DNA of 64,000 nt from Azolla caroliniana (lineage: Eukaryota > Plantae > Polypodiophyta), in contig JBHGNT010000004.1 of the NCBI GenBank assembly GCA_043228905.1, positions 10,478,001 to 10,542,000 of the forward strand, given 5' to 3'. The notes below the pieces were generated by a model. The model had not been told where the DNA came from. It searched no databases and worked only from the letters and a program-made list of their open reading frames with translations. Shown one piece after another: positions 11,002 through 25,547 of this stretch. Numbering within the stretch: position 1 is the stretch's first letter; every line of letters begins with the position of its first letter. The position numbers and the translations under genes were made by a program.

Positions 11002-11841
11002 ATGGAGTTGGAAGAAGACGACTTCGCGCAACTTTTTGTCGAAGTAGTGAGGGAGTTTGAACGAGCAACAACAAGAAGAGAGACGGTGCAACAAGCTATT
11101 GAGCGAGTGGTCGAAAGAGTTGGCCGTTTCAATGGGGACAAGGTCCCATTCTACTTGGAAGCCTACAACGCGGAAATGGAGGAGCGAGACGTAGATGAGG
11201 CGTTGAGGCTGGAGTTCTTCTGTCGGGTCGTCGTCATCCGTATGCACGCAGAAGTGAAGGAGCTCTGAGAAGCTCATAGTTCGTGGGAGGCCTTCGAAGA
11301 GGCGCTCCTGCAGGCATATGGAGGACGACGGAAGAGTCAGGGACGACGTGGCTTTGACTAGTGGGTGGCATCGGCGAAGACGTACTGGGGCAAAACGAAG
11401 GCATTCCGAGAGTTCGAGCGACGGCTTGCTCGACTCCCAAAGCGGGAACAAGGTTTGGTGGGGGCGGACAAAGTCCTATTGTTCGTTAAGTCGATCGACC
11501 AAGCGGAACGGGAGGCCATCGGGATTGAGCTCAAAGACGAGGACGGACCGAATGGCCTTACAGAGGACTGGTCGACGGTCGGAAGGATATGCCAACAGCT
11601 AGATGACGAGTGGGCTGAGAAGGCTAGGAGGAAGGCGCGTGACGGCGTGCCATCACAACGGGAAGAGGCCGAACGGCAAAGAGATTCCGCAAGGCTCAAC
11701 TTCGGGGCAAGGTTTGCGAAGGTGTACGCAGCTCTCGAGGCAATGCTTGAAGTAGAGGAAAGAATGAGGCTGCAAGTTGAAACCGAGGAGACGGACTTGC
11801 CCCACAAGATGGCGGAAGATTGCTACGACGGTACCACGTGA
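11002..11841 (+). pseudogene. gag-like ORF of D with two in-frame stops
   Basis: GRFNGDKVPFYLEAYNAEM...LLFVKSID...GLTEDW aligns with C gag GRFGGKDATSYLEAYRAEM...LLFVKSLD...GLTMDW. Confidence 0.85.
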
Positions 11842-13399
11842 GAGGGTGCGGAACAAAACGCCCTCTCAGCTTGCGAAAACGGAACGGCCAAGGACAAGGC
11901 CGAGATACCGATCGCAGAATCGGAACGTTGGAACCGGCGGTTTTAGGCACGTCAGCCTGAAACTCCGGACATTGGAGAAGCAAGCCTAGGCAGGGCTTGC
12001 GCAATCGGTAAGGAGTCGACCACCGACTATGAGGAGCCGATGGCTACGGACAAGGGCACAAATACGACGGGCGGTTCTATGCGTTCTCCCACACTTGCTC
12101 CGAAAACGATGGCAATCGGGCCCGAGTGCCCATGTGAGTCCCAAGAGGAGGAAGGTGGCGGCGTGAGACCGAGAATCGCCGGTGAGACGATACGAGGAAG
12201 GAGCGGACAAAAGCCCTCGGAACCGATTCCGGAGAACTCAGATTCGAGCTGTTATGCCCACGTGAGACAAAGGAGATGGATGACGATATCGAGGAGTCCT
12301 GGCACGATGTCAGTGAAGATGGATGGGAAATGGCCCGCGAGGAGATCGGCGAAGGAACCATGGAACGACCTGATTGGGGACCAAACCGCACGGCACTCCG
12401 ATTCGGGTGGGGCGCGATCCGGTTGTGGATTGTTCGACTGTGCTAGAATCCGCATGAGGGTGCTGATACGAGAGGGGGTGTAGAACAAGCCGCCCTCTTT
12501 TACATGGGGAGAAAGACCGACCAGGCGAAGGTCGGAAATCAAAAGGAAGGTGATCAAGGGTTCAGAACGAATCCGGCGGGATCGGCATCGGAGCCGAAAC
12601 TCCAGACATTGGAGAATCAAGCCCATGCGGGCTTGGTTGATCATAGAGCAGATGCTATCCATTGACACCACTAAAAGGGTCGGTGGCCTAGGATGAGTTG
12701 CCGAAAGACGTTACGAAATCGGTTACCCCACATCTTGACCGGAGACTTCGGCGGTTCAAGCCAACGTGGCAACGTGGAAGGAGCGTAAAAGGTGGATCAA
12801 TGGCGACGAGGGGGAAGAAGGGGTGGTTGACCGAAATATGGGTCCTCCACACTCATTGCCGAGACTGAGGCGTTTGCGTTTGAGAACCAAAGGAAGACCT
12901 AAGAGACGGAAAGTGGTGCGAGCCACCCTCTCGACATGCGAAGAAGGAAGACCCAGGATAAGGGTCAGAGATACAGCACGCCCGAGGAGGATCCTTCACA
13001 CCGGTTTTAGAGACTCCAATGGTCGGCCGAGAGCCGGCATGAGACCTAGAGTGATAAACGGTGGCGGCAAGGGGACGAGAGTGGAAGGCAGTGAAAGGCC
13101 GATCCTAAGGTGATCCTCACACCAATCCGGAGACACCAGTAGTTCAAGCCGACGTGGCAATGTGAGACCGAGTGAGAAGGATGGTGGCGGCAGGTGAACG
13201 GGATCAAGCAGGAGGGGCGGAGGCAGAGCGGCAAGGAGGTATCAGTCCGGCACGGCGACCACTAACCGAAACTGGGCTGGAAGACAACGCGGAAGGAGGA
13301 GGAAGAATCGAAGGAAGGTCCTATGGGATCCTCACACCAATATGGGGACACGGGTAGTTCAAGTCGACGTGGCAACGTGAGACCAAGTGAGAAGGATGG

Positions 13400-16300
13400 T
13401 GTAAAAAGTAACGTGCGGAAGCAAGTATGAAGACCGAGCAGAAGGAAGAAAACTCAGGTTTAATGGAGAGCTTGAGCTTACGCAGTATACGCGGGAGAGA
13501 CAGAGAGAGTGAGAGAGAAAACACAAGAACTATATTCAACAAAAGATCTCGATTCACTACTCTATACATATGTGTGTTCCATGAACACTTTTATACCAGT
13601 CCTCGAAGGATTGACCGAAGTACTGACCGTACTTCAATGCTCTTTAAGAGCTCCTACACTAACTCCCAAATATATTCCTCACGGAATATCTTTCCTAACG
13701 GCCTCCCGGTTTACGCACTCGGCCTAACCGATCGGTCCCAATCGATCCGGTCCTCGGCTTCTTCAGCCGATCCGGCCGATGTTGAGCTTGTCTCTCAACA
13801 CTCCCCCTCAAGCTCAACTCGAGGCTCTTCGGGATCCTCGGGCTCACAGCTCCGGTTCCTCCTGGTTTTACGCCTCGCTCGCGCTCCTCGACCTGTTCGA
13901 CTCCGCGCGCTTCGACCCTTCCGGTCGGCTTGTTTGCTCATGCGGCCCTTATCAGCTCTTCTGTTGTTGCGGTGTTGACACTTCTCCTGCTGCCTTTTCT
14001 TCTGCTTGGGCCTCGGTTGATTCAGCGTATCTGAATCAAACATCCGAAAGGACTCGGCTACCTCCGACCGGTTTTCGCTCCCGTCCGAGTTGGCTGTCTC
14101 CAACTCGTCTTCGGTCTTCTCGCCCTTGCTGGCGTCATCTTCCCCATGCGTGGTTGGCTTCGGCTCTCTCCTTCGGCTGCTCCCCTTCTGTCCGCTTTCG
14201 GACTTTTCCACGGGGGGTCCGCCCTTGGCTTCTTTAGCCGATCCGAAGTCGAACTCGACAACCGAGTCAACAGCCGAGTCAACCGACTCGGTGTCGCGGC
14301 CTCGGCTCCTTTCCTGCTGCTTTGCTTGTTCGTTCGGGATTGTTCTCCCCCGAGAATTGGCACGTCGAGAATTGCCGCAACTTGTCCAGACCAAGGTGCT
14401 TAGTGAAGATGTCGGCAGTCTGCCGATCCGTCGGAATGTACCGAAGTTCGTCTTCACTGGAAAGGACACGCTCACAGAAGAAATGGTAGTGCACCTCAAT
14501 GTGCTTGGTCCATGCGTGGAAAACGGGGTTTTTCGCGAGCTGGATGCTGCTGAGGTTGTCGAAGTAGATCGTCGTCGGATCTGACACCTCCTCTTGCAGA
14601 TCCTTAAGTAGCCGCTTCAACCATATGGCTTCGCATGTCGCGACAGCCGCTCCTCGGTACTCAGCTTCGATGCTCGACAGTGCAACTGTCGGCTGCTTCT
14701 TACTGCTCCACGCGATCGCGGCACTCCCGAGGGAGAACGTGTATCCAGACGTGGATCGGCGATCAGCGGCGTTGCCAGCCCAATCAACATCGGTGTAGAC
14801 GACTAACTGCGCGGCTGCACCAGTCCGATATAGTAGTCCCCGGTCCTTAGTGTCGTTGACATACCGAAGTATGCGTTCCGCACACTGAAGGTGCTCGGTA
14901 GGTCGCGCCATGAACTGACTGATCACTCCGACCGGATAACTGAGGTCGGGTCGGGTGATGGTCAAGTATATGAGGCTTCCGACAATTTGTCGGAACCTCG
15001 TCGGGTCGCATACCGTTCCCGTATCGGGACGAAGCTTGACGGTTCTGTCCAGAGAAGTTGAGACTGACTTACAGTCGACCATCCCGAATTTGAAGAGCAT
15101 ACTCAGCACGTAGTGACGTTGGCTGATCAATATGCCTTCGGGGGTACGGATCACTTCGATCCCGAGGAAGTAATGAAGGTCCCCCAAATCCTTCATGTCG
15201 AACGATGCCGCAAGCTGGAGCTTCACGCGGTGGATTTCACCTAGGTCGGCGCCGGTGATGACAAAGTCATCAACATATAGTAAAATACTAACCGGTCCGA
15301 GTTGACCTTTCCGGATGAACAGGGAAGAGTCCGATTTTGACGTGACGAAGCCCATCCGACGCAATTGTTGCGTGATCTTCGCGTTCCAGGCACGCGAGGC
15401 TTGCTTCAGTCCGTAAAGGGACTTCTTCAGTCAGGATACTGCCGAGGAGTTCGTTCCAGAGTGAAATCCAGGGGGCTGTACCATGTACACCTGTTCCTCA
15501 AGGTCACCTTGCAGGAACGCATTCTTTATATCCATCTGATGTAAGTGCCACCCCTTGGCCGCGGCTACTGCGAGCAAAACACGGACGGTCGTCATTTTCG
15601 CGACCGGCGCAAACGTCTCATCGTAGTCGATGCCGTGTTTCTGCGCGTAGCCCTTTGCCACTAGCCGAGCCTTGTACCGGTTGACTGAGCCATCGGTGTT
15701 GTACTTGACCTTGTACACCCACCTACACCCGAACGGTTTTACCCCTCTTGGTGCGTCAACCAGGTTCCAGGTCTCGTTCTCCGCCAATGCATGCATCTCT
15801 TCCTCCATCGTGGCACGCCAATTCGCGTCTTTAGCAGCTTCTGCATAGCTCTCCGGCTCATGCACTTCCGCTACACGGGTCATGTACACATAATGATGCG
15901 CCATGTACTCGTTGTATCCGAATCGCAAAACAGGATTCTTCTGGCGGGTAGATCGGCGTAATCTCACATTAGCCGATGTCGAGGCCTTCTCGGTCGACGC
16001 GGTCTTCACCTTTAAAGACCCGTCACCGGTTCCCTCGGAGTCGGACTCGCGTCGGTCTGACTCGTTCCTATCCGTGCCGGAATCCGACACCTTCTTCTTC
16101 CCTTTCTCTTTGCGTGTAAGCCGTCTCCTCGGTTTCCTGCGCGGGGAATGCACGGCCGAGTCTCCACTACTCGTCGACTCTTCATCGGACTGGTCGTACC
16201 GACTCACTCATCCAATCGCTCCACTTAAACGGAGTGAAATCGGACTCTCTTCGCGGGTCTTGATTTCGGGCTCATCCGGAGGCATCTCGGCCTCGCTGAC

Positions 16301-18905
16301 CTCATCGTCAGAGCTCGGATTGGAGTTGGGGTTCGGAGTTGGGGGCTGGTACCAGGACGCGGACTCGTCAAACACAACGTCGCGGCTAACACGCGCTTGT
16401 TTGGTGCAAGGGTTATAGCACTTATAGCCCTTCTGCTCGTCCGAGTAACCGACCTATATGCATTTCTCGGCCTTTGCGTCCAACTTCCTCCTTTTCTTCT
16501 TCGGTACATGCACATACGCAATGCTACCGAACACCCTCAAGTGTCGCAAGTTCGGCGTGTATCTACAACTGAATTCGCGCCGAATTCCCATTTGTTGTAG
16601 ATAACCGTTCAATTGACCTGAAAAGTACTCTTTCCCGCCATCCGACCGCAGGCACTTGATCTTTCGTCCCATTTCCGTTTCCACGAACCCTTTGAGGTCC
16701 CGGAAATAGTCGAAGACTTCGCTCTTCCTCTCAATGAGGTAGATCGACGTGTGCCGCGTGTGGTCGTCGATGAAGGAGACGAAATATCGGCTCCCACCAA
16801 GACTAACATTTTGTGCCGGCCCCCATACATCGGAGTGTATAAGGTCGAGCTTATTCCGGCTCCGGTTTTGCTCGTTGGGGAAAGGAAGTCGGTGTTGCTT
16901 CCTGAGCTGGCAGGCTTCACAAATTTGTGCCTTTCGGCCACTAAATTTGGGCAATCCGAACACTACCTGCTTCGATTGCAGATCTTGAAGCCGCTGGTAG
17001 TTGACATGGTCTATCCGCTTGTGCCACAAGTCGATGTCCGACTCGGTTTTTCTTCCCTTCGCAAACATTGTGGTGCCGCCGTCAGTGGAGTTGAGGATGA
17101 ACATCCTCCCGTCTCTGCGCCCTTGCGCAATCACACGGCCTTCTTCCTCAATGAAGCACCCGAGGTGTGTAAACCGAACCTCCATCCCTTGGTCGACGAT
17201 CTGTCCGACCGAGACCAAGTTCTTCGTGATTGTCGGAATGTGCAGCACGCTCATGAGTTTCCCTTTCTGCTCGACATGGCTAAGGGGAACTTCTTCGACA
17301 TTCGCGATCGGATGCGGAGTGTCGTCTCCTGTTGCGACTACTCCAGGTTGTATCGGTTTTTCAAGGTACGAGAACCACTCCTTATGGCTCGTCATGTTGA
17401 TTGACGCGCCGGAGTCTACGTACCAAAGCTCATCCGATCTCGGGGTGATCTGTTTCATTGACTTTGGTTTGTGTCTCGTCACGAAGGCAGACCCTTCTCT
17501 GGCTCTCCCGGAGTCTTCGGCGTAGTGTGATCACTGCCGATTTCCCTTGTCGGTATGTCCGGAGCCGTTTTCGGAACCGGTTCTCTCCGAATCGGCGTGC
17601 TTCTTCCAGCACTCACTTTCCCTGTGGCCTTTCTTGTCACAGTACCAGCACTCCGCGATGGCCTTCTCTTGCCGGTTCTCATCGCTTCGACTCCCCCTGT
17701 TTCCGGAGGGTCCGGAGTTGCTGTCGGCCCTAAACCGGTGCCTTCTTCCTTGATCTCGTCGGCCGCCTCCATTGCGCGCCGACTCACCTCGTCCTCCACG
17801 TCCACGGGGCCTATCTCCCTCCGTGTACAACATTCTGCCGTCGGTGTGCGTGCTTGTAGAGGCACCCGCGTGGTTCTCCTCTACCAGGAGCATTGACTGT
17901 AAGTCGAAAAAGGACGACGTATTCTCCCGGGTACACACAGCCGTCCGGAACGCTCCGAACTTCGACGCCAAACCTCCGAGACAGATCTGGACCATCTCAC
18001 TCTCCTCGATGTTCACCTCTATGGAGGCGAGGGAGTCGCAGATATCCTTGATCTTCGAGGTATAGTCCGCCACCGACAAGTCGCGTTGTCGTAGGTTGCT
18101 CAACTCCTGTCGGAGCTGAAGCTTCCTGGCTGTGGTGCTCATGGCGAAGATCTTCTTCAGATTTTCCCATGCACCCTTCGGCGTCTTTGCATCCTGAACA
18201 TAGCTCAATAGCTGTCCACACACGACGCGAAGCAGTATAATACCCTGCTCACCGATTGCTCCCACGACGGGAAGTCTCTGTGTGTCGATTCAGGTGCCGC
18301 GTCATTAGCTCCTTCGACATAACTCCAGTAGCCGTGCCCGAGCAGGTACTGGTGCATCTTGTAAGACCAAGACGTGTAGTTGGTTCTGTCGAGCTTCTCT
18401 GTTGGAAGCGAGCTCACCATGCCTCTATCCATCGTTCTTCTTGTTCTTCTTCGTCAAGCTATGTCGGCTGCAGAGAGGTTCTCAACCCTTGCGCTCTGAT
18501 ACCATGTAAAAAGTAATGGGCGGAAGTAAGTATGAAGACCAAATAGAAGGAAGAAAACTCAGGTTTAATGGAGAGCTTGAGCTTACGCAGTATACGCGGG
18601 AGAGACAGAGAGAGTGAGAGAGAAAACACAAGAACTATATTCAACAAAAGATCTCGATTCACTACTCTATACATATGTGTGTTCCATGAACACTTTTATA
18701 CAAGTCCTCGAAGGATTGACCGAAGGATTGACCGTACTTCAATGCTCTTTAAGACCTCCTACACTAACTCCCAAATATATTCCTCACGGAATATCTTTCC
18801 TAACGGCCTCCCGGTTTACGCACTCGGCCTAACCGATCAGTCCCAACCGATCCGGTCCTCGACTTCTTCAGTCGATCTGACCGATGTTGAGCTTGTCTCT
18901 CAACA
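13400..18905 (-). mobile_element. Element E: full-length Ty1/copia with TSD GATGG
   Basis: LTRs 13400-13800 and 18505-18905 (401 bp, about 16 mismatches by eye), iMet PBS 18493-18504, PPT 13801-13812. Confidence 0.96.
13801..18432 (-). pseudogene. Degenerate copia gag-PR-IN-RT-RNaseH plus C-terminal extension (E)
   Basis: WYVDSGAS, LWHKR...[41 protein letters not shown]; several frameshifts and a deletion in IN. Confidence 0.93.
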
Positions 18906-19233
18906 GATGGTGGCGGTAGGAAACGGGAACCGGCGATGTAGAAAGAGCGGATTGGGAGCCGATGAGACGGGAGCCAGCAAGACTCAAATTGAAGAAGGGG
19001 CGAACCCTTACCGGTCGGTTACGGTTTCGGAAGGAGCCGGTAAGGACCAACCAGGGAGCGGTGGGTCAAGCTGGAAATGCACACCCGGGAGCGGAACATA
19101 AGACGTGCATGTGGCCATTAAGGACCAATTTGAAGCACGAGTATGGGACGATGTTCGGCACGGGTGGTGCCGAACAAGGATGGTGGAAGACGGTGTCGTG
19201 AAGAAAATCAGCCATAGGCGGAATTGGAGAGAA

Positions 19234-19609
19234 GTCCTCCTGCTTTTATCCCCGTGAGCGCCTGCACCGCTCCTTCCGTGACTTCTGATATATCGATCGA
19301 TGCTGCCGCCTGCTCTGGTTCTGCGTGTGGTGGAGCGTCGGCGATCCGCAACAATCCTTTTAACCCGTTCTCCCTCATCCATTGGCGTGCCTCTTCCGAC
19401 AGTACCATTGTTTCGAATTCTTCTTCTGCTGCCTGTTGTTCAGGATCGGGCTGTGTGTGCTCTGTGCGTCGGATCGCTCTGCTGTGCTTCAGCGCCTGTA
19501 TGTAGGAAAATTCGTAAAAAGTGAGTCCTTCGCAGGCCTGTGTCTTATATAGTGGCCTTTGGCTCGAGCCGCCCTTTTTCGTTTCCCGCGCATGTTCCTC
19601 TCCCGCCAT
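19234..19609 (-). CDS. N-terminal fragment of the extra ORF downstream of pol in B
   Basis: MAGEEHARE...SEEARQWMRENGLKGLLRIADA...; similar to the extra ORF of element I. Confidence 0.65.
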
Positions 19610-19823
19610 AATTAGTATGTCCTTTCTTGTTTGCCGCGTGTGAGTGCCCACGTTCCATGCTTTAAATAGCAAGTACGCGCACGTCCTTCTTTAATGCATG
19701 GCGCCTCTTCGTTGCATGGTGGCGCTCCCACCTCTTGTGATCTCCCCATCATTACTATGATTCGCATCGATTTTGCCCACGTCTTCTTTTTTTTCTTTTT
19801 TTTTTTTCTTTGTTTGGACCACG

Positions 19824-22800
19824 TCATTTGCTGGTCCCCCCCGATTTGTTCGGGTCGGTTCGTGTGGATACCGGATCCTTCTGTCGGTTTTCCGGGATAG
19901 TCTTTGTCAATATCGGTGTCGGTTCTTTATCTTGCCGGATTTTCGGGTTTTTCTTGAATGGGTTTGCTGGCATATTTCCCTTATACGGCTTTAGCCGAAA
20001 CCCATTTGCCCACTTGCCGATGACATCTCCAGACAACGTGCCGAGCTGATACGACCCATTGTACTCCTTGGTGATCCAGAACGGTCCGGTCCATCGAAAC
20101 CGCAACTTTCCCGGCATGTTCCCCATCCGTGTCTGGAATAGTAGCACCGGTTTCCCAACTTCGAACTCCTTTTCATTGCCACGCCGGTGTCGGTCCACGA
20201 AAGCTTTTCTCCTCCTTTGCTCCAGTTCGAGTTGTAGTAAGCTGGCTATTCGGTTTTCTTCTACTTCCAACAACGTCGCCAGCCAGATTCGTTCGGACTC
20301 GTTCTCACTTAAGCGCTCCTTCACTTGAATCCGTAAGCTGGGGATCTGGAACTCTACCGGCATGACCGCTTCTAACCCGAATCCTAGACGGAACGGGGTT
20401 GTCCGGATGCTGGTTTTGTACGTTGTTCGGTACGCCCATAGCGCGCTTTGCAATTTCGTATCCCAGTCGGTCCGGTTCTCGTTGACGATTTTTCGTAGGA
20501 TGTTCTGCAGAGTTTTGTTCGTTGATTCCGCTAGTCCATTGGCTTGAGGGTAGTAGGGTGTACTCTTTTTATGTACCACCGCGTAAAATGACGTCAGGCT
20601 TTCTACTACCTGCCCGAGAAAATGCCCTCCTTGGTCACTTATAAGCTTGATCGGGCAACCATACCGGCACCATATGCACTCGTACAGGAACTTTGCCTTG
20701 GACGCGACCGTGTTGTCCCGTAAGGCCTTTGCTTCTACCCATTTGGTGCAATAGTCGGTTGCCACTATGACATACCGATTTCCGGTTCGCATTGCCAGTT
20801 GCTTGAAGGGACCGACAAAGTCCAAACCCCACTTTTGAAACGGTTCTAAGGGCAAGACCGGGTGGTGTGGCATCCGGGCCTGCTCTGTGGGTTGGCCCAG
20901 TTGTTGACACAAATCGCATTCTCTGCTATACTTCACGGCATCTTTTAGGGTGGTGGGCCACCACAGTCCGCTCTGCAATATTTTTCGAGCGGTTGCGTCG
21001 CCGGCATAATGCCCACCGGCAATTCCACAGTGGGCTTCCCTGAGGATTAAATCCTTCTCATCGCTCCGCACTGCTCGTCTCCAGATGCCATCTGCCCCCT
21101 TGTGATAGAGGGTGTCTCCAACCAAGCAGAAATGTCTACTTCTTACTGCTACCCTTTTCCTTTCATCGCGGTCCATGTTCTCCAGGGGAACTCTGGTGCT
21201 CAGGAACTGATGCATCTCAGTTAGCCATGTGTCTTCATCGGCTACCGTTGTATCCGTTGCCGGTTTCGTCGTGATCCGGAACAATTCGGCGTCGGGAAAG
21301 TCATCCTGGACGCCGTCCCCTGCTTCTCCGGATTCGAGTCTGCTTAGGTAGTCCGCTACCGCATGCTGCGCCCCGGGTCGGTGGAAAATGTCGAATTCAA
21401 ATTCCTGTAGCAGCAGTGTCCACCGTGCAATTTTTCCCGTCAGGGATGCCTTCGAGACCAGGTAGAGTAGTGCCGAATGGTCGACATGGAAGGAAAACTT
21501 CCTTCCGAGCAGATAGTGCCTGTACTTTGTGACACTATACACCATTCCCAATGCCTCGCGTTCCGTCGTAGAGTAATTCCGTTCGGCTTTTGAGAGTTTC
21601 CGGCTTGCGTAGTACACCGGTCGGTACCATTTCGGCTCCGTGAGTTGCATCAGAACGCTGCCGATTGCTACGTCCGACGCGTCGACGAAGACGTGAAAGC
21701 TTTTACTCCAATCCGGCGGTTGCACCACCGGAGCTTGCGACAACATAACCTTCAACGCTTGGTAGGCTTCCTCCTCCGTCTCCGCCCATAGGAAGGGTAC
21801 CCTATGTACGGCGGTATGTAACGGTGTAGCGAAGTTTGCGAGGTGCCGTATCATCCGGCTATGCCACCTTATTTGGCCCAGGAACCGGCTTAAAGCCTTT
21901 GCGTTATTTGGTGCTGGTGCCTCGAGAATCGCCTTGACTTTATCCGGATCTACCGCGATTCCTTCCTTACTCACCACGTGCCCTAGTAAGTTGCCGCTTG
22001 CCACTCCAAAGACACACTTGGCCGGGTTCAGGCTTAATCGGTACTCGCGGCACTTCTCCAAGCACAGCCGGAGGTGATCGAGATGCTCTCCGTGCCGGCT
22101 GTAGACCGCGAAATCGTCAAGGAAGACCTGCATAAAACCGGGGATATATTTCCCGAAAATTTCCATTATTATCCTTTGAAAGGTCGCTGGAGCCGTCTTT
22201 AGTCCGAACATCATCACGACCGCGACGAACACTCCCCATTCCGTCACGAATGATGTCTTCTCCTGGTCGGCCGGGTTCATTCGTATTTGGTTGTAGCCGC
22301 TAAATCCATCCAGGAAGCTGTAAACTTCGTGGCCGGCTACCGCATCTAACACCCCGTCCGTAAATGGTAGTGGAAACGCATCGGTCACTGTTGCGGCATT
22401 TAGTTTTCGGTAGTCCACGCATACCCGGATTTTGCCGTTCTTTTTCGGGACCACCAATATCGGACTCAGCCAGGTTGCCTGCTTGACCGGTCGGATAAAT
22501 CCGACCCGGAGGAGCTTATCAATTTCCTCCTTCACCTTTGCCGCATAATTCGGATTCATCCGGTACCTTCGTTGAGCGATCGGTTTCGCGTCCGTACTTA
22601 GGTGAATTTGGTGCTGATAGAGCTGGGGGTCCAACCCTCGCATGTCTTTGTACGACCACGCGAACACATCCTTGAAGTCTGTTAATAATGCTACCATTGC
22701 CTTCTTTTCTTCCTTCGGCAATTCCTTTGCAACATTTACCGGTCGGGGCTTGTCTGCTGTGCCAAGGTCCACCTCCTCGAGTTGGGATGCTTTTACCCTC

Positions 22801-25547
22801 TGGGATATCATCATTTCCCTCTCTAGGGATTCCTGCGCTTGTCGCAGTTCCCGGATCGCCGCGTGGTCCGGTTCATCCGGTGTCGTAATGTACGGTTCTA
22901 CTGGCGCCGTGATATCCACCTCAAATAGTGGGACGATTCGTGGGTGTTCCTCGAGGTACCGCTCGACTTCCTCGTCCGGTAATCCCTCCAACATGTTAAT
23001 GCTTTCCGCATACAATGGAGTTGCTTCCTTACTGGTGATCACCCGTGGTTGCGTCGTTACTCGTACCTTTGTTTTCCCTCGCCGGAATGTGATCATGTTC
23101 TTTTGCCAGCTCTGCTTGATATGCGCCGTTCGCAGCCATGGTCGTCCGAGCAGTAGGGGGTACGCGCCTTGTACATTCAGCTGCAGCACCACGGCCGATA
23201 TCCGGAATACGTGGCCTCCGATCGTTACTTCCAAATCCCGGATAAGCCCGGTCTGTCGGACTGAGCTGGTATCCGCCATGCGTAACCAGAAGGGGCATGG
23301 TTCCCAATCCCGGATGCCCAGGTCGTTGCATGTCTGTTGGCTGATGACATTTACCCCGGAGCCTCCGTCAATAATCGTTCGAGCAATTTCCTTTCCTTTC
23401 ACGATTGCCGTGATCGCCGGGCTACTTGTATCGACCACCGCTGGTCCTTCCTCCGGGTTGGAGAAGAATGCTGGTGCTGGTGTCGGCTTCGGTTTGCTCA
23501 CGGATGCCTGTAAGTCTGCCGTAAACCGTGGCACCAACTGTAGTAGTGGTGCTAACGGCAGCACGATTTGACAGTCCTGTAGCGCTTGCCACGTCGGGTT
23601 TTCCCCTGGCTGTATGATTTCTTCGTCTTTTGGCATATTTTTGTCTCTTACTTCTGCCGCATTTTGTTCATTGGCCTGCTTGATCCATTGTGCCGCTTGT
23701 TTTCTGATTGCCTCCTGGGCTTCCCACTCGGCGGTCTTTCCCTTTGACCGGGTTGTGACCTGCTGTACTTCTGTTATTTCGGCTGTAACCATGTTGACTT
23801 CCGGCTGCTTGTCATTGGTTTTGCTTGGGCATTGGTTACTATAGTGGCCTTCCTTACGGCAGTAATAACAGTACACCTTGTGACTATTGCTCGTTTCTCC
23901 TTTGTCCCCGGTTTGGAGGGTGGGTATGCTCCGGCGGTCGTCTTCGGTTTTTCGGTTATCATTCCTCGCTGCCTCCCGACGTTCCTCTCTTCGGAAAAAT
24001 CCACGCTTCTGATTCCGTTGGAAATTTCTGTTCCCTTGTCGCCTCTCTTCTCTGCGTCGTTCGTATTCCGGGGATTCGTCTCGGTCGTATCGGTCCCGGG
24101 GGTAGCTATCTCTGCGTCTCTCCTCTCGGTCATAGTTATCGCGTCTTCTATCAGCGTATATGTTACCGTCGTCTCTCCGGAATCGATCCTCGTCCGGGTT
24201 CTGATTGCGCGGTTCTATGTGTCGAACCGGTGCTGCCTGCCGATTTAACAGGTTATATTCGCATCGGTCCGTTGTATGGGCTCGAGAGTTGCAGATCATA
24301 CATTGTGTCCGCAGGGTGCAGTCTACTATTGAGTGCCCCGAATTTAGGCATGTTGTACATTGTAAGGCCTGTCGGAACCTCAGATCTTCCTCCTTCGGGA
24401 GTGCCTGGTGTAACATCCCCATCGACAAGAAGGGGCTAGTCTTGTCCATTTCTAAAACCCGATCAATAACTTGGTCCATTGTGCGGGTTTGGAAATCAAG
24501 GACTCCGCACATTGTTCGAAGTGGCTCTTTTAGCGCGGCCAAAAAGACTGCTTTGGCTTCGTCTTCGGGTGGTGCTCTTATTAGTTGGCTGTGCAAGGTC
24601 TGAAACCGAATGATGAATTGTGGCACAGTCTCGTTCTCTTCCTGCCGGGTGGTGTAGAACTGCCCGACCAATTCCTTTTGCTCAAATTGTCTGTGAAAAA
24701 GCCTGAGGAATCTGGCCTTCAAGGCATCGAATGTGGCAAAGCTGCCCGGTAAGTGCTTTACGTGCAATCGGGCCGCCGGTCCTTCTAAGGTTATGCCGAA
24801 TTCGGCGACTTTGGATCATTCGGCTTCGGGCTCCGTCAGTCTTTGGGAGACATGGTTGGCTTCCCATGTTTGGAGGAATGCGTACACGTGTGCCTCCGCG
24901 TCGGCCTCATCCCGGTACTTTGGGTATGGGTACGGCATCGTGTCGTCCAACTGACTCTCCTGCTTCCTTCGCTCTCTGTCCGCTGTTGGCGTTGGTGTGA
25001 GAACCCTTGGTTCCTCCGTGGGTGTTGCCGGTGTCCGGTCCTTTGGTTCCTCCGCGGGTGTTGTCGGTATCCGCTCCTTCGGTTCCTTCACGGTTGTTGT
25101 CGGTATCCGGTCAGCCTCCCTCGGCAATTGCCGGTCACCGAATTCCAGGGTTATTTCTTCCTCTGGCGCCGGTGTTACTGAGTCTTCCAACCCCTCGTCC
25201 TCCCGGTCATTTGGTGTGTCGTGGCTGCTTTTATACCGGGACGCAACGCTTCCGTCGCTTTCCGACTCCGCCTCAAGTGTTGCGAATGCTTCTGAGTCCC
25301 CGTCGCCCCCGGCAAGCGTTTGCAGTATCGTTTCCGCCTCTTGCAGGCTTGTTATGCTACTGCCTTCGTCGGGGATTTGCAGAACCCGGAACTGCAGTGC
25401 TTCTTCTGCGACTCTCCGAAGAGTTTTGGAGAATGACCGATCCCGCTGGATCTCGTCGACGGCTTGCTGCAGGGCTTCCCGTCGTTGCTCACGTTCGGTG
25501 TATCGTCTCCCTCGTTCGGTGATGTGGTCGTCGTTTGGTATAGACAT
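19824..25547 (-). pseudogene. Nearly intact Gag-Pol of B (gag, PR, RT, RNase H, integrase without chromodomain); single in-frame stop at 24816-24818
   Basis: ORFs 24816-25631 and 19824-24767 are in the same frame; HHCC zinc finger, WGLDFVGPF, ISDQG, NGLAES, RWTGPF. Confidence 0.93.

Noticed and set aside
13427-14584. Antisense ORFs spanning the copia LTR and 3' extension (also 18568-19101, 39459-39950, 47468-48091)
   Set aside because: Starts and stops are inconsistent among copies; explained as reverse frames of LTR and low-complexity extension sequence
24990-25110. 36-bp tandem repeats in B gag (PTTPAEEPKDR-like)
   Set aside because: Ordinary low-complexity linker expansion; A has an analogous EKEPE tract
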